Below, in pieces: positions 40,913 through 59,889 of a stretch of 64,000 bases of DNA. Below the pieces are notes generated by a model. The model saw nothing but the letters and a program-made list of their open reading frames with translations, searched no databases and was not told the origin of the DNA. The translations under genes were made by a program, and so were the position numbers. Each line of letters opens with the position of its first letter. Positions within the stretch are counted from its first letter, which is position 1. Source of the DNA: Macrostomum lignano (taxonomy: Eukaryota). The stretch covers positions 1 through 64,000 of the forward strand of contig NIVC01003560.1 of assembly GCA_002269645.1 (NCBI GenBank). Reading direction: 5' to 3'.

Positions 40913-41938
40913 TTTAGTAGCAAATACGAAGCTGAAGGGAACTGACTGATCTTCGAAAATGCAAATTGAGTTGCTACGCATTACGATTTACGAGGAACAG
41001 ATAATAATTTTAACTAAGTTGCAATGGTTAAATTTTCTACAATAAAGACCTAAATGCTACATTTAAAACAACGAAGCTTAGCTTACAGCCAAGGACCACT
41101 AGGAACACTTTGTTTATCAAGTCTAGTAGTCCTTGCTTACAGCTCCGTTGCCATTATTCTCAGACTTGCGTCTTGCAAAAGAGCAAAGAAAGAAATGACT
41201 TAACCCGAATTCTCGACTTTGAGTCGAGCCCGGACCTCGACTTCGAAAAATTGGCAAGAAACACTGACGGCCTACTCCCAGTAGTCCATAGTGTACGGCT
41301 CCAGTTTGCGAATTTAGAATTTCAAAAAGGAGTCCTAATCAGTCCTAATCAATATGTACGTGCAATGTAGTAGACTTGGATAAAATTACCTCGATGAATT
41401 TAGATTATAGAATTGTCGCATAGTGTTGGATGCAACCCTACGGATACGCCAGATCGAATTAACTACATGCACTCAGTAAAATGATAGACCGAATAGCAAT
41501 TAACTTTGCGAAGAGCAGATTTACTAAATTGAATTCTGCACCAGACGGGCCGCCGGATGTCTTCCACTGTCTCGTTAAGCTTCTCTCTTCCCAATTAATA
41601 AGAATTTTTATCTAAGACTTAAAGACATATATTTAGTATATGGATTTGTTCTTCGAATACTTACGCATTGTAGAGTAATCCGATAGGCCCCTAACAACCA
41701 ATTTGTCTGAGCGCATTAGTGAATGTCGGCGATGAGATGCTGGGTTTGATCGCCAACTGCACCGCCCCAGACGCAATTCGATGGCGAATGTCTAATTATG
41801 CGCACGCTTTCACTTCATGATAAAATCACCTGCGCTGCGCCAGAAAGACGCGCGTCTGACTAGCGTTTATTATTCTACGTTTGCAACATGAACGTGACAC
41901 GATTTGAAATCGATAAGTTTTTCAAGTTTGAGCAGTAA

Positions 41939-42871
41939 ATAACGCTTTACTTTTACACGTGGCTGTTTCCTCTGCTGTTCATCACCGGCGCGATAGCGAA
42001 CGGCTGCTCATTCTGGGTGATTCTGAAGAACCGAGAGTCCTTTCCCAGAGTCACTCGGCAGTACCTGCTCATCATCACAGCCAACGACTTTCTGGCTGTC
42101 ACTCTGCACGGACCTCTGCATTACCTCGAAAAAATGCATCCAATTACAGGCCGATTTACAATCATGCACCAATCCATAGCTGAAGTTATTTATCTGCTCA
42201 CCAGAGTGTACTCAACTGTGGGAGCGCACTTCTTCCAACTGGGCCTCACCGTGGATTGTCTGGTTGCTGTGGCGGCGCCGATGCGAGCGCAGCAGATTCT
42301 GACTCGCAGGAGAAGCCGTATCTTGCTGGCCGTCATCACTGCAGCCGCACTGGTGCTGCCCGTTATGTACATGTATTTATATGTACATATTCGTGTAGGG
42401 CGCAATCAGCAGCTTAGTATCACCTACATCAAAGTGGAGCTGTTCTTCGGTCGAATCTTTCTTCAGTCGGCGATGACGCTGGGAACAGTCGGAATTTGCG
42501 TCTGCATCTACAGAAGCAATCGAGCAGCTGGTCAGATCAGCCTGCAGCCCCACAGCTGCCGACAGCGTCAGAGGTCGCTGGTTCGAATCAGCCTCATGCT
42601 CGTGTTTATTAACGTGCTTTTCGCTGTGTCCTGCTTGCCTTACAGTTCAGTGATGTTTTATTTCGCATGTGTACTTGATTGGTCCGAGTCCAACGAGGAA
42701 GTTTTACATTTAGCCCTTAGCTGACCAGTTTACTTCATGGGCGGCAACTTTCGAAGGGCCTTTTTCCGTACATTATCGCCAAAGCGCTGCTGCCGATGCT
42801 GTTGTTCTCGTTGTTGTGGGCGTCGCACGGAGGAGCGAAATAGTTCTGCGACTGCAGTTGAGCTCGCTTAG
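41939..42871 (+). pseudogene. GPCR paralog 2 (disrupted)
   Basis: Highly similar to 38846-40051; in-frame TAA (41936-41938) with no Met before TM1-2; 45-nt in-frame loss at the start of TM7 relative to copy 3; TGA (42722-42724) replacing Trp. Confidence 0.8.
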
Positions 42872-43109
42872 TACTGCTCATCATCGTTTTTGATTTATCA
42901 GTTTTTACTTATGAGCTGCATATTCGAGTTCGCGTTGTAACTTTTGCAAAATTCGCGATGAATTGCTTTTTTAGCATGCTAGTTCATCATTTATCTTCTG
43001 TCGTAGCTATTAATTTTTTAGGAAATTTGCTTTTACGAGCTATGTGTAGATAATGCAAGTTCTATTTGCACAAAATCGATTTGCTAGTCTGTTTTCTTAG
43101 CTAGTCTGT

Positions 43110-43110
<1 letters not shown>

Positions 43111-43151
<41 letters not shown>
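43111..43151. repeat. (TA)n microsatellite
   Basis: Direct reading. Confidence 0.95.
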
Positions 43152-43153
<2 letters not shown>

Positions 43154-44376
43154 TGCCTCTTAAGTTCATTTGCAAGCTTAACAGGCCTCTAAGTGTGCTC
43201 GTGTACGCCCAGGCAAGAACGACCAAAAGTTTATTGTCGCAGGTGCTACCTCAAAAGACTTACTGTAATGCACGGGCCTTTCATTTTTCTTCTTTAAGTC
43301 GGAACATTCGACAGAGGACTTGAATTACGAAACTTTCGAAGGTCGTATAAAGAAGTATTATCTGTGGTGTAGATAATAAAAATGCCCAGCATTTTTCTGC
43401 CAATGCTCGATCTTTGACTAGGATCAACTGCACCACATGGGGCAAGCCCATGCATCCTTGGATGAGGTCTGCGACTGCGACAACTCACAGCATGTCAGGT
43501 TCCTCCTTGCTCTTGTAATACGCTGGTAGTTTTGATAAATTTCTTCTTTTGCATGCTTGCTGCATCCATAACCAATAGCTACGAGCTCGTAGTGATTTGA
43601 CTATGGAATTCAAATTAAAATTAATAAAATGTTGCAATTACACCGCGACGGTTTGTTTCTCTCACGTTTTATCGTTTTTTAATTAGTTAAAATCCTCAAT
43701 ACGTGAAAAACAGTCCAACTGCTGTACAAAGCGCAAGCATTTTTTACAAAAAGTCAAAATTGAAGACCCAGATTTTCGGGTACAGCCACAGGAAACAGAG
43801 AAACCCCCTTATTGCAGAGGCAGCGGCTCACGTGCTGAGTGAGAACTGACAGCTTTAATTTTGTTAACTTGGAGCCTACTTCTAGGGCCTGTTGAGTTGA
43901 GATGCGTGTATTTATTACCTGATGAAACTGTTTGAAGACGGACAAAGCAACTACGACCTACATGTTTGTTACCAGCACGGTCATTTTGCGCAACCCATCA
44001 GATACATACGTGTAATATCGAATTGAATTAACATTTTAATGAATTAACCAATTACAAGATCGGGCTCAAAACATAATCTGGCATATTGATTTATTTCGTA
44101 TTTTATTGAGATTTTTAATTGTTTGAGTTTTTTCAGTCTATTGAGTTGATTGAATTATTAATTATACATGCACACGAAAGGAGCATGCGTGAATATTAGA
44201 AATTTAATTAAGTGAGTAGCACATGTCGCCCCCTTTAGGTACAGACAAACACAAAGAAACAAACAACTTCGACAATTAGAAATATGCACTACTCAAAAAG
44301 TCCTCAGAAAGTTATCTCTCTGTTCGAGCCGTTCTGCAAGCTACTGTTCCTCTATCGTTGTCTGTTGCTGCCAGCT

Positions 44377-45087
44377 CTAATGCGGCTGCTCGCCATTTCC
44401 GATGGCCAGCCTCACCCGCTCCATCAGCTGCTGCTGGTCATAGAAATCATCACGCTGGTTATCGTTTTGTCTAACAAGATACAGATTGTACTGCACGATC
44501 GATGTATTCGCATTCGATTCGCCGCTCTGTTCGGTTCCGTTCTTCTTGTTGTCATTACTCTTCGCGACGGCTGCGGCTGAAGCTTTGTTGTTGAATTTTC
44601 GGTTTCGGTCTCTTCTATTTGCTCCAAGACACTTGTCGACAGCCCATCTCAGTGGCCACAGCACGTATCCGGTGGCTGATAGAACCTTTTTTAGCAGATC
44701 AGCCAGCTTCGTGAGGACGTCAATAATACCAAGCGACGCGTCCATCACTTGACGGCTCATCTGCCGGGTCCAGTTTCCAACCAGCTGCAGCTCGCACGCC
44801 AGGAAAACTAGGTTTCTCCTGCACTTTGAAGCGAACTGCACTATTCGGTGTATAATGAAACGCATGTAAAGGCTGGCTGTCTCAGGAGCGACGTTGGCTT
44901 GACGTTGACGGTTTTCAATAGCCATGTCCAGGCAGTCAAAGGTCAGGACTAGCAGCACTGTCTCGATTGGAAATCGCACCGTCAGCAGGTCGTTGATCCC
45001 AATGGGGGCCCTGTAGTACAGGTACTTCATCAGCTCAATGATCACGGACAGTGCCACAACGGCGTAGAACCTTTTCAAAAGGTCCAT
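44377..45087 (-). CDS. Orphan protein, paralog X1 (236 aa), N-terminal hydrophobic segment
   Basis: Long ORF homologous to 57760-58611; upstream donor GAG|GTAAGT (~45258) conserved in both copies; a 2-nt indel near the 3' end truncates it relative to X2. Confidence 0.6.
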   Translation of the reverse strand: MDLLKRFYAVVALSVIIELMKYLYYRAPIGINDLLTVRFPIETVLLVLTFDCLDMAIENRQRQANVAPETASLYMRFIIHRIVQFASKCRRNLVFLACELQLVGNWTRQMSRQVMDASLGIIDVLTKLADLLKKVLSATGYVLWPLRWAVDKCLGANRRDRNRKFNNKASAAAVAKSNDNKKNGTEQSGESNANTSIVQYNLYLVRQNDNQRDDFYDQQQLMERVRLAIGNGEQPH

Positions 45088-46082
45088 CGCGGTATCAGCC
45101 AGGCACTGCCGAGCAAAATCACTTCTAGTATTTCTAGCAGAACCGTGCGGATTTAGGGTAGTCTGTAAATTGAACAGGATTATTTATATATGGTATAGTA
45201 TACGATTGTATTACTTAATTAGCTATAAAACTGTCAAAAAGTATATGTCTTTTACTTACCTCGCTTGATTTTCCGGGCGCACCCATTATGTTCCTGTAGT
45301 TTTTTAATTCGTCAATATGAGGTACTAATTGATATTAAGCTTTATTCAGAAAGCTAGAATATTTACTTTTGGCCATGAGTATTGCTGCTTAAATATACCT
45401 TAGATTTATCCTAATTTAGGGGTGACGTATGAAATAAAAATAATACAGGTACATTTAAAAAGTATTATTTCATTTCTAAGAAATTTTTGTTGAACTTGAC
45501 TCGAAAAAATTCAGGCGACTTATTGGTGGTGTGCGTATTTTGCATGTGCACTTTCGGGCTACCCCAGTGTGACAGCTAGTACGTAGGTAGCTAGCGGATT
45601 CTTTAGTTCGCGTACAGACGGGTAATTTTGTTATCTATGCATGGCACTCAGGGGTCGCAGTCGTTTTTTCTAATTACTGTCACACAAGTATAAGTTACAA
45701 TATAAAAAATAACTAACGAACTAGGAATGCTAATATAAACAACCAGTAAGTAAAAATAAACAATAATTGAATTCTACACCCGGTTCAAATTCCAAGTATA
45801 CGAGATATCTTAGAATCAAACAAAAAAACAAAAATAACTACTCAGTCGTAAATATACACATTTTTCGCGAAATCGAAGTAATATTTACATAAAAATGACT
45901 ACACAGAATTACACTTTTTAATAAAATGATAACATGTACATCTGCATGGTTACACGTACTCGAAAAAAACGAAAATTTTTGTCTGTTTGTCTCGCGCGCT
46001 ACACGGAGCTTCCTAATTGCTCACCACTTTTGTCTTGATAGCCAATAGCCATATGTGTGCCGTCTGTGCTTGAATGCCTGCA

Positions 46083-46084
46083 GC

Positions 46085-46179
<95 letters not shown>

Positions 46180-46180
46180 G

Positions 46181-46241
<61 letters not shown>

Positions 46242-46242
46242 G
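46083..46242. repeat. (CTGT)n microsatellite
   Basis: Direct reading; absent from the paralogous site near 59185. Confidence 0.95.
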
Positions 46243-46377
46243 CGTACGTGTGAGAGACCCTCACGAGTCTGGCTGTACGGATTTGAGCGTAACTTGCGAG
46301 CTTAAAAATATCATGTACAGAAAGTAGAGAAATCATGAGCACAATTACTAACTTGGGGGTCGTAGTATAATGCTGTC

Positions 46378-46471
46378 GTAGCGTAAGTTGGATCGTACGT
46401 CGGAACTTTTACACTGCGGAGATAGGAGCTAAGAACGATCTTATCTTACGATGGCTTTATAGAACGGGCCC
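46378..46471 (-). mobile_element. Terminal fragment of the same Harbinger family
   Basis: Ends TTTATAGAACGGGCCC like 56741-56756; GCGTAAGTTGGATCGTACG matches the reverse complement of the left subterminus near 47815-47836. Confidence 0.7.
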
Positions 46472-46869
46472 TTGATCTCTGCTCTGCTAATTTGTTTGTC
46501 GTAAAAAAGAACGTAATAAAGTCATAGAACAGCCCGAACAGATAAGTTCACTTATCAAAGTGCTTTCGCAGTTAAGCGTTGCTCTCGCAATGTTCTCTTG
46601 AAAAGCCCTTAGTTCAGCTGAGTCATGAATTATGCATTCACTGTACTATCTACTTGGTCCTATCTGCATGAAGCAGTTGAGCAGGCGGTAGCGTGCTTAG
46701 GGAGGACTTGGCCACTGTGCAACCAGTTGGAGCTGCTAAATAAGCGCGCACGTACGTTTTGCTAGCTTCTACAGATGCGCGCACTAGCATAAGCGCGCAA
46801 AAACCTATGTGACCTGAAGCAGAAGCTTGAGCAATTGTCGATGAAAATCAACAAAGCATCGCATGGAAT

Positions 46870-47655
46870 TCATCGCTGTGACGTTGCCAGTTTAAATTGG
46901 TCCCGAAAAGGGCCGTTGGACTGCAGCTCCTCTACAATTTCTCCAATCGTTTATTTTAACGTTTACTTGTAGTAGTGCCCAACGAATCTGTACCTATCGC
47001 TAATTCACTGCGCACTTTGCTATCCTTTCATGCGACCGTAGAAAACTGGCACGATCGATAATTTTAAGTTCTTTAGCAGCCAATGAAAACCACTCGTGCT
47101 TCGCGCTACCCCCCTCTGCGCTCCTTTATTAACCCTCGCCTGGCGGGCTGGGGGCCTCCACCTGTGTCTGGCTTGTCTGGCTTGTGTTCTTGTGTTCTTG
47201 TCTAGCCTTGTTTTCCTTGCGGCGTCTGACTCTTGTTTTCCTTCTCTCTGTCTGGCTGCCTCGAGCCTCCTTATCTCACGCCACGGCTGACGCCGGTCTC
47301 GCCACTGCTCATCTGCCTGCCTACTGCTACTCACTGCCTTCGCTGTGTTCATCGCCATTGCTCATCACGTTGCGTTGCCACCGCATCATTCGTCTGCCAC
47401 TTGACTTCATATTCTAATTATCTTCAAAACCATTGTTGCAGCCGCCAGTGCCCAGAAAGCTATAGTTTGTGTATTGACAGTAATAACCAATTCTAATATT
47501 GATCTCAACAATAAAAACAACTACGGCAGTTTCCTGCCTTTATCGCCAAGTGCTCCGGTACACAATCCGCTTTGCAAGAGTTGACTTCGATTTATTTTGG
47601 AACTACGACTTACTGCAACTCTCGTCAAAACGGCCCTTTTAAGGGTCATAGCCAT
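46870..47655 (-). repeat. Interspersed ~0.8-kb repeat, copy B
   Basis: Inverted homolog of 34467-35300; absent from the paralogous region near 59640-59700. Confidence 0.85.
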
Positions 47656-48231
47656 AGCTAGCCACTACGTCAATAATCGTGACAATCGCAAAGTATTACG
47701 CAGATTTGCATTTATTTTTGTCACAAAAATAGAATTTTGCCATGGTAAACGTTGCTAAAATGTTTGAAGTGCTAAAAGTCCATAGGCCGGTTCTATAAAA
47801 CTTTCGTAAGTTCCGTCGTACGATCCAACTTACGCACGAGAGTTGAGAACCGTCTCAGAATGTTCTAAGTTCGTTCGGTGAAACTTTCGCAGATGCGTCG
47901 TAACTTACGCAGTAGCTGCGATCAAACTTAAGAATTAATGCCTGACTTTTTCCTCCGCCAGTGGTCTTTTTGGAACTGATTTTACCGTAATTGGAACTTA
48001 GCTCGTAAAAAACACACGTTGCACTCTTAAATTAAAGTAAGACAAAATCATGCTCATTTATCCATTACCATTAAAAGCAATATGAGCCATGACCATTTTG
48101 TCACAGGTCCATTCCACTGTTGTATTTAGGCACATTAAAAAAACATTCGAACAAAGGTGCCTTATTCATTCGAATATACAAATAAGGCCTAGCGAATTCC
48201 TTAATTACGCTCCTAGTGACATTTTGACACA

Positions 48232-49044
48232 TCACATGTCATTAAAATTAAGCTGTTGACTGCTCTCATTGCCTCGATTTTTCTTTTCTATCGTCAGTCT
48301 TTCCTGCTCAACGCGTAGACGTTCCGTCTCGATCTTCAGCCTCTCTCTCTCGACAAACAATCTGTCGTTTTTAACTTCCAATCGAGCTTCCTCCACCCGA
48401 AGATGTTTTATTTCTAAGCTTTCGATCAGCCCAAGTTTGCTTTGCTTTCGCTGACGCTTCGTGTTCTTGGCAGCAGGGTTGGCAACAGACTCTTCACTTT
48501 TTTCGTCGTCAGCTGTCTCGTACTCAGGCGATGCGCTTCTGCCAACAGCTTCGGAAAATTCATCAGCAGGCGCACTTGCGATATCAATGTACTTGGCCGC
48601 CGAGCTTGATGCTGCACTATTGGATTTAGGCAGCTGCATCGTGTCAACACCACGTGGCACGCCTTCCACGACCTGTTTTCGACTGCGCCGCCTTCTCCTC
48701 TAAACTCGACAGCTGTGGGGCCTGCGATGGACCGCCTCCCGTCTTAGCTTGCTCCTTGCGGATGCTGGCTACTTTGTGCTTCAGTTGACTCTTGAAGTCG
48801 GACCACCGCTTTCGGCAGTTCTCTCCAGATCGTCCTTGTCCACCGACTGCATTCACGATATCGGCAATTTGCTGCTATCCGCGTTTTTTGCGAAAATTCG
48901 CTTCGACAGTATTTGCGGGGCTCTCCAGGTAACTTTTCCGCTCGGTCGAATTGCTTCTTGCAGCGTCTCCAGTTCCGCCGTTGACCAGTTCGCCGCGCGT
49001 TTTTGTGCTGCGTTAGAATTCATTGCATTCCAATTATTTGGCAC
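48232..49044 (-). pseudogene. Harbinger Myb/SANT-like DNA-binding protein (frameshifted)
   Basis: KRAANWSTAELETL; VNAVGGQGRSGENCRKRWSDFK; KTGGGP; C-terminal coiled coil (RLEVKNDRLFVERERLKIETERLRVEQERL). Confidence 0.85.
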
Positions 49045-49384
49045 TTTCGCCCGTATCAGCTTCTCTTTATGCTGTTATACGAGCTATACGAGCGTAATTG
49101 CCACTTTACTTAAATATCGATTGGTCAAGGCTGTTTGCAACCCTTTGACGGCAAGATCAATTATGTGATGCGAACGTATATTTGAGGAGCAATTATCAGG
49201 TCGGCCTGATAAGGCGGTCAGCCAGTCAGAGTATAGGGGACATAAAGTTAGGGATAATTAGAGTGGTTTGACACCGGGCCCGGGCCCTCTTATAACTTAC
49301 TTAATTAACCAATAAAATATATTATCTAATTCTATTTGAAGCAACTTATGTTTCAAGAACTTAGCGCTAAAATTCCCCATCGGA

Positions 49385-50473
49385 TTGCTAATTCAATTGC
49401 AATTGCCAAAGTCAGATCCGAGAGTGAATTTTTTGGACATCGCATTCGCTCAGCATGCTTTGAGAACTGAGAGAAGGTTTCGAGACAGACTTGACCCTTT
49501 CGACTTCAGTGATCGGGAAATTTTCGAGCGGTACCGGCTGCCACGTCAACCTTTGCTGGAGCTCATTGAGTTGCTGCGGCCGCAACTACAACGTCAGACG
49601 CGTCGCAACAGAGCGATTTCCGTCGAACTGCAGGTTTGCCTTGCCCTCCGATTTTTTGCAACAGGCAGCTTTCTCAAAGTCATTGGGGACGTTTTCAACT
49701 GTAGCTGCGTCACGGTGTCCGGAGTTGTGACTGAAGGTTGCCTGCTGCTTCAGGACATGGCACCCATTTGCATTTCGTTTCCAAGCAATCAGCAAGCAGC
49801 AGCAGCGTCAGCACGTGCATTTTTTGAAATTGCCGGAATGCCTCAGGTGCTCGGAGCCATAGACTGCACGCACATCCGCATCCGGCGCCCTACCGATGAC
49901 GGTGGAATCTTCATTAATCGAAAAGGATTTCACTCGATTAATGTTCAGGCCGTATGTAGTGCCAATCTCGCATTTACAAACGTTGTCGCACGTTGGCCTG
50001 GCAGTAGCGCCACGACTCCTTCATTTTTCAAAAATCTGCACTGAAAGATCTCCTCGCGGATGGGACGGTCGCTGGCTTCTTGGTTGGAGATGCGGGCTAC
50101 CCACTCCGACCGTTTCTGATGACGCCATTTAGGGATCCACAAACCAATTCCGAGCAAAATTTCAACCGGCGACTAAGCAAAACGGCGCGTAACAATCGAG
50201 AGAGCTTTTGGTGTTTTGAAAGCGAGATTTCGATGCCTCGATCACAGCGGAGGAGCTTTACAATTCAATCCGAGTAAAGTGTGCAACATCATTGTTAAAT
50301 GCTGCGTGCTCCACAATTTCGCCGTGGCCAGAGCCATTCCACTTCCACCTGAACATCAGCCGCTAGCCATGGAAGCAGCTGCTGAAAATGAAGCCGCACT
50401 GGCTGAAGACACCGCTGCTGGTCGAGCAGAAAGGCAGCGGATCATGGAGTTACTCTCACCGTCACTCACTTAA
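49385..50473 (+). pseudogene. Harbinger DDE transposase (HARBI1-like), frameshifted
   Basis: ERYRLPR; ALRFFATGSF; GAIDCTHI; NRKGFHSINVQAVC; ARWPGS; VGDAGYPL; LKARFRCLD; CCVLHNF. Confidence 0.92.
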
Positions 50474-50603
50474 GCAAAATTTGTGTTTCTTTCTACTCAA
50501 ACTTTAAATTAACAATTTTCGCTATTGTTTGATTTTTTCAGTCTTTAAATTTACTCAAATATACAGTAAAATGCGAATTTTTTGACTGAATGAAGTCGGC
50601 GCT

Positions 50604-56497
<5,894 letters not shown>

Positions 56498-56849
56498 GAA
56501 GTCGGCGCTGTGCATTTTCACAACTAAAGAGTGACTTACGACAAGTCCGACCTGTCTTAGATTTACGGCGGAACTTAAGAAGCCGAAGTGACTTACGAAA
56601 GTTTCTCCGAACGCAAATTTACGCGTGCCCGATGACTTAAGAAGCTTCTTAAATCTAAGAACGGTCTTAAGATACGATGGTTTCACCGAACATTTTACGA
56701 CACGGCGCAAACGTAAGTTCGAACTTAAGGATACGCAAGCTTTATAGAACGGGCCCATTAAAATTCAGCAGTAAAGAATTGATTCAAGCGAAGAAACACA
56801 GGCTACATAGGTCTGAACTAGCCAGGTTCTGAGATGGGTCAGCGGGAGC

Positions 56850-57335
56850 TGATGGTCAGGCACTGGTTGCAGCTAATGATGGTCAGGCACTGTCTGCAGC
56901 TGATGGTTGTCAGGCACTGTCTGCAGCTGATGATGGTCAGGCACTGTCTGCAGCTGATGATGGTCAGGCACTGTCTGCAGCTGATGGTTGTCAGGCACTG
57001 TCTGCAGCTGATGATGGTAAGGCACTGGTTGCAGCTGATGATGGTCAGGCACTGTCTGCAGCTGATGATGGTCAGGCACTGGCTGCAGCTGATGGTTGTC
57101 AGGCACTGTCTGCAGCTGATGATGGTAAGGCACTGGTTGCAGCTGATGATGGTCAGGCACTGTCTGCAGCTGATGATGGTAAGGCACTGGTTGCAGCTGA
57201 TGATGGTCAGGCACTGTCTGCAGCTGATGATGGTAAGGCACTGGTTGCAGCTGATGATGGTCAGGCACTGTCTGCAGCTGATGATGGTAAGGCACTGGTT
57301 GCAGCTGATGATGGTCAGGCACTGGCTGCAGCTGA
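56850..57335 (-). repeat. 27-bp minisatellite, open in two frames on the minus strand (PDHHQLQTV or CRQCLTIIS repeats)
   Basis: About 17 units of GCAGCTGATGATGGTCAGGCACTGTCT; flank homologous to the 59890 array. Confidence 0.9.
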
Positions 57336-57759
57336 TGACTGTCATTTTCATCGATGATTGTTCCTCCTTGCTCTTGTAATATGCTAGTATAGTTGTGATG
57401 AATTTATTCTTTTGCACGCTTTCTTCTTCATCGCGCAACTCATCAGATGCGTCTGTGTAATTACGAATTGAATTAACATTTTTATCCCGGTACAGATTAA
57501 AAGACCAGGTTCAAAACATAATCTGGCATATGGATTTATTTAGTATTTTATTGAGATTTTTTATTGTTTGAGTTTGTCGATTGAGTTGATTGAATTATTA
57601 CAAGCCACACGAAAGTAGCATGCGTGAATAAGAGAACTTTAAGTAAAAGTGAATAGCACATGTCGCTCCCTTTAGATGCAGACAAACAAACAAAACGAAA
57701 TAAACATCTTAGACAATTACATTATGTGGACTACTCAAAAAGTCGTCTGTAAAGTTACT

Positions 57760-58611
57760 TCAGTTCGGGCCGTACTGCAAGTTACTGTTCCTTGATCGTT
57801 GTCCGTTGCTGCCAGCTCTGAAACGGAGCTGCTCGCCATTTCCGATGGCCAGCCTCTTTCGCCCCATCAGCTGCTGCTGGTCATAAAAATCATCACACTG
57901 GTCATTGTTTTGCCCGACAAACAAATTGTACTGCACGATCGATTTATTCGCATTCGATTCAACAGCTTTCTTTCGCTTAATCAGATCAGCCAGCTTAGAG
58001 AGAATATCAATAATGCCGATCACCAAGTCCTTCAATAGACGGCTCATCTTTTTTATCAGATCAGCCAGCTTAGAGAGAATATCAATAATGCCAAGCACCA
58101 AGTCCTTCAATAGACGGCTCATCTTTTTTATCAGATCAGCCAGCTTAGAGAGAATATCAATAATGCCAAGCACCAAGTCCTTCAATAGACGGCTCATCTT
58201 TTTTATCAGATCAGCCAGCTTAGAGAGAATATCAATAATGCCAATCACGGAGTCCTTCAATAGACGACTCATCTGCCTGGCCCAGTTTCCAACCAGCTGC
58301 ATTTTGCACGCCAAGAAAATTAGGATTCTCTTGCACTTTGAAGCGAACTGCATTATTGGGAGTATAATGAAACGCATGTAAAGGCTGGCTGTCTCAGGAG
58401 CGAGTGCGGCTTGACGTTGACGGTTTTCAGTAGCCATGTCCAGGCAGTCAAAGGCCAGGACAAGCAGCAGCAGCAGCAGCACTGTCTCGATTGGAAATTG
58501 CACCATCAACAGGTCGTTTATCCCAATGGGGCCTCTGTAGTACAGGTACTTCATCAGCTCAATGAACACATACAGTGCTACAACGGCGCAGAACCTTTTC
58601 AAAAAGTCCAT
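57760..58611 (-). CDS. Orphan protein, paralog X2 (283 aa), with four 75-bp/25-aa amphipathic repeats
   Basis: Intact ORF; repeat MSRLLKDLVLGIIDILSKLADLIKK x4 (~57975-58275); homologous to X1. Confidence 0.65.
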   Translation of the reverse strand: MDFLKRFCAVVALYVFIELMKYLYYRGPIGINDLLMVQFPIETVLLLLLLVLAFDCLDMATENRQRQAALAPETASLYMRFIILPIMQFASKCKRILIFLACKMQLVGNWARQMSRLLKDSVIGIIDILSKLADLIKKMSRLLKDLVLGIIDILSKLADLIKKMSRLLKDLVLGIIDILSKLADLIKKMSRLLKDLVIGIIDILSKLADLIKRKKAVESNANKSIVQYNLFVGQNNDQCDDFYDQQQLMGRKRLAIGNGEQLRFRAGSNGQRSRNSNLQYGPN

Positions 58612-59889
58612 CGCTGTATCAGCCAGGCACTGCCGAGCAAAATCAGGCTTGGGGTATTCTGTAATTTCAACAGGATTGTGTATGGATAGTTACGATTGCA
58701 TTGCTTAATTAGCTGTAAAGCTGTCAATGTGAGCTAAGGATTATTGTCTTGCGAGTACTTACCTCGCTTGATTTTCCAGACACACCATTCATGTTCCTTC
58801 AGTTTTTCAGTTCGTCCGCGTAAGGTACCAATTGACTTTTAGTTTTATTGTTAGCTAGAAAGAGTTACTTCTGGCCATAGGTATTGCGCGTTAAGTATTT
58901 CTCAGAGATTTACGCTAACTTAGGTGGTGACGCATGAAATAAAAATAATACAGGTACATTTTAAAAGTTAGTTTTATTTCTAAGAAACTTTGTTGGACTT
59001 GGATCAATAAATCCAGACGACTTTTTTCCAGACTATCTGTACGCGTAATTTGTCTTCTAGCCTCGCTACACGGAACTTCCCAATTGCTCACTGTACCTAA
59101 TTGTCTAGATGGCCAGTGTACGATTGTATGACAAGGGTTTACATGGACAATATGAAAGGAGAAAAGTTATTGTCTGCCTGCGTGCATGCATGAGGGATCC
59201 TCACGGGTCTGAGCGTCCGGAGACGAGCGTGCTTCAAAATATCGATGCAATCGGCTCTCTTGGGAGCCTCTATGAGTTTATTTCCGTGCGTGAGTAGACA
59301 CTGTACACACTGTACACTGTACGCTGCGATAGTAGACATCTCTGCAAAGACCAATGCAGAGAAGGAATTTTCTGCTTAGGGTCAACTTTATCTGATTAAT
59401 TGTAGGCGACGAAGTCGTACTGCGGTCCTATCTGCATAGAGCAGTTGAGCAAGCGGTAGCGTGTTTTTTAGGGAGAACTTCGCCACGGTGCAACCTTGTT
59501 TGAACTGCTAAATAAGTGCGCATGGCGTAAGCCTTGATTCAAATGATTCACACATGTACGTGAATCATTTTGCTAGTTGATACAGAAGCACGCAAAAACC
59601 AATGTGACCTGAGCGGCCAAGCAATTTTTACGACATTAAGCATTCGGTAAACTGAGAAAGCATCTCATTGAATTTTTCGAAAAGTTTCACGACGACTTGA
59701 ATTTATTTTTGTCACAAAATTTAAAAGCTGCGATGCTAAAGGTTGCTATACAATGTTTACAGTGCTAAAAGTACATTTAAATTTAGCGGCAAACAATTCA
59801 TTCAAGTAAAGTACCACAGGTTACAGAGGCCTAAGCTATATCTAGTCGGGTTCTGGTGGGTCAGCGGGAGCTGATGGTCTTGGCTGGCT

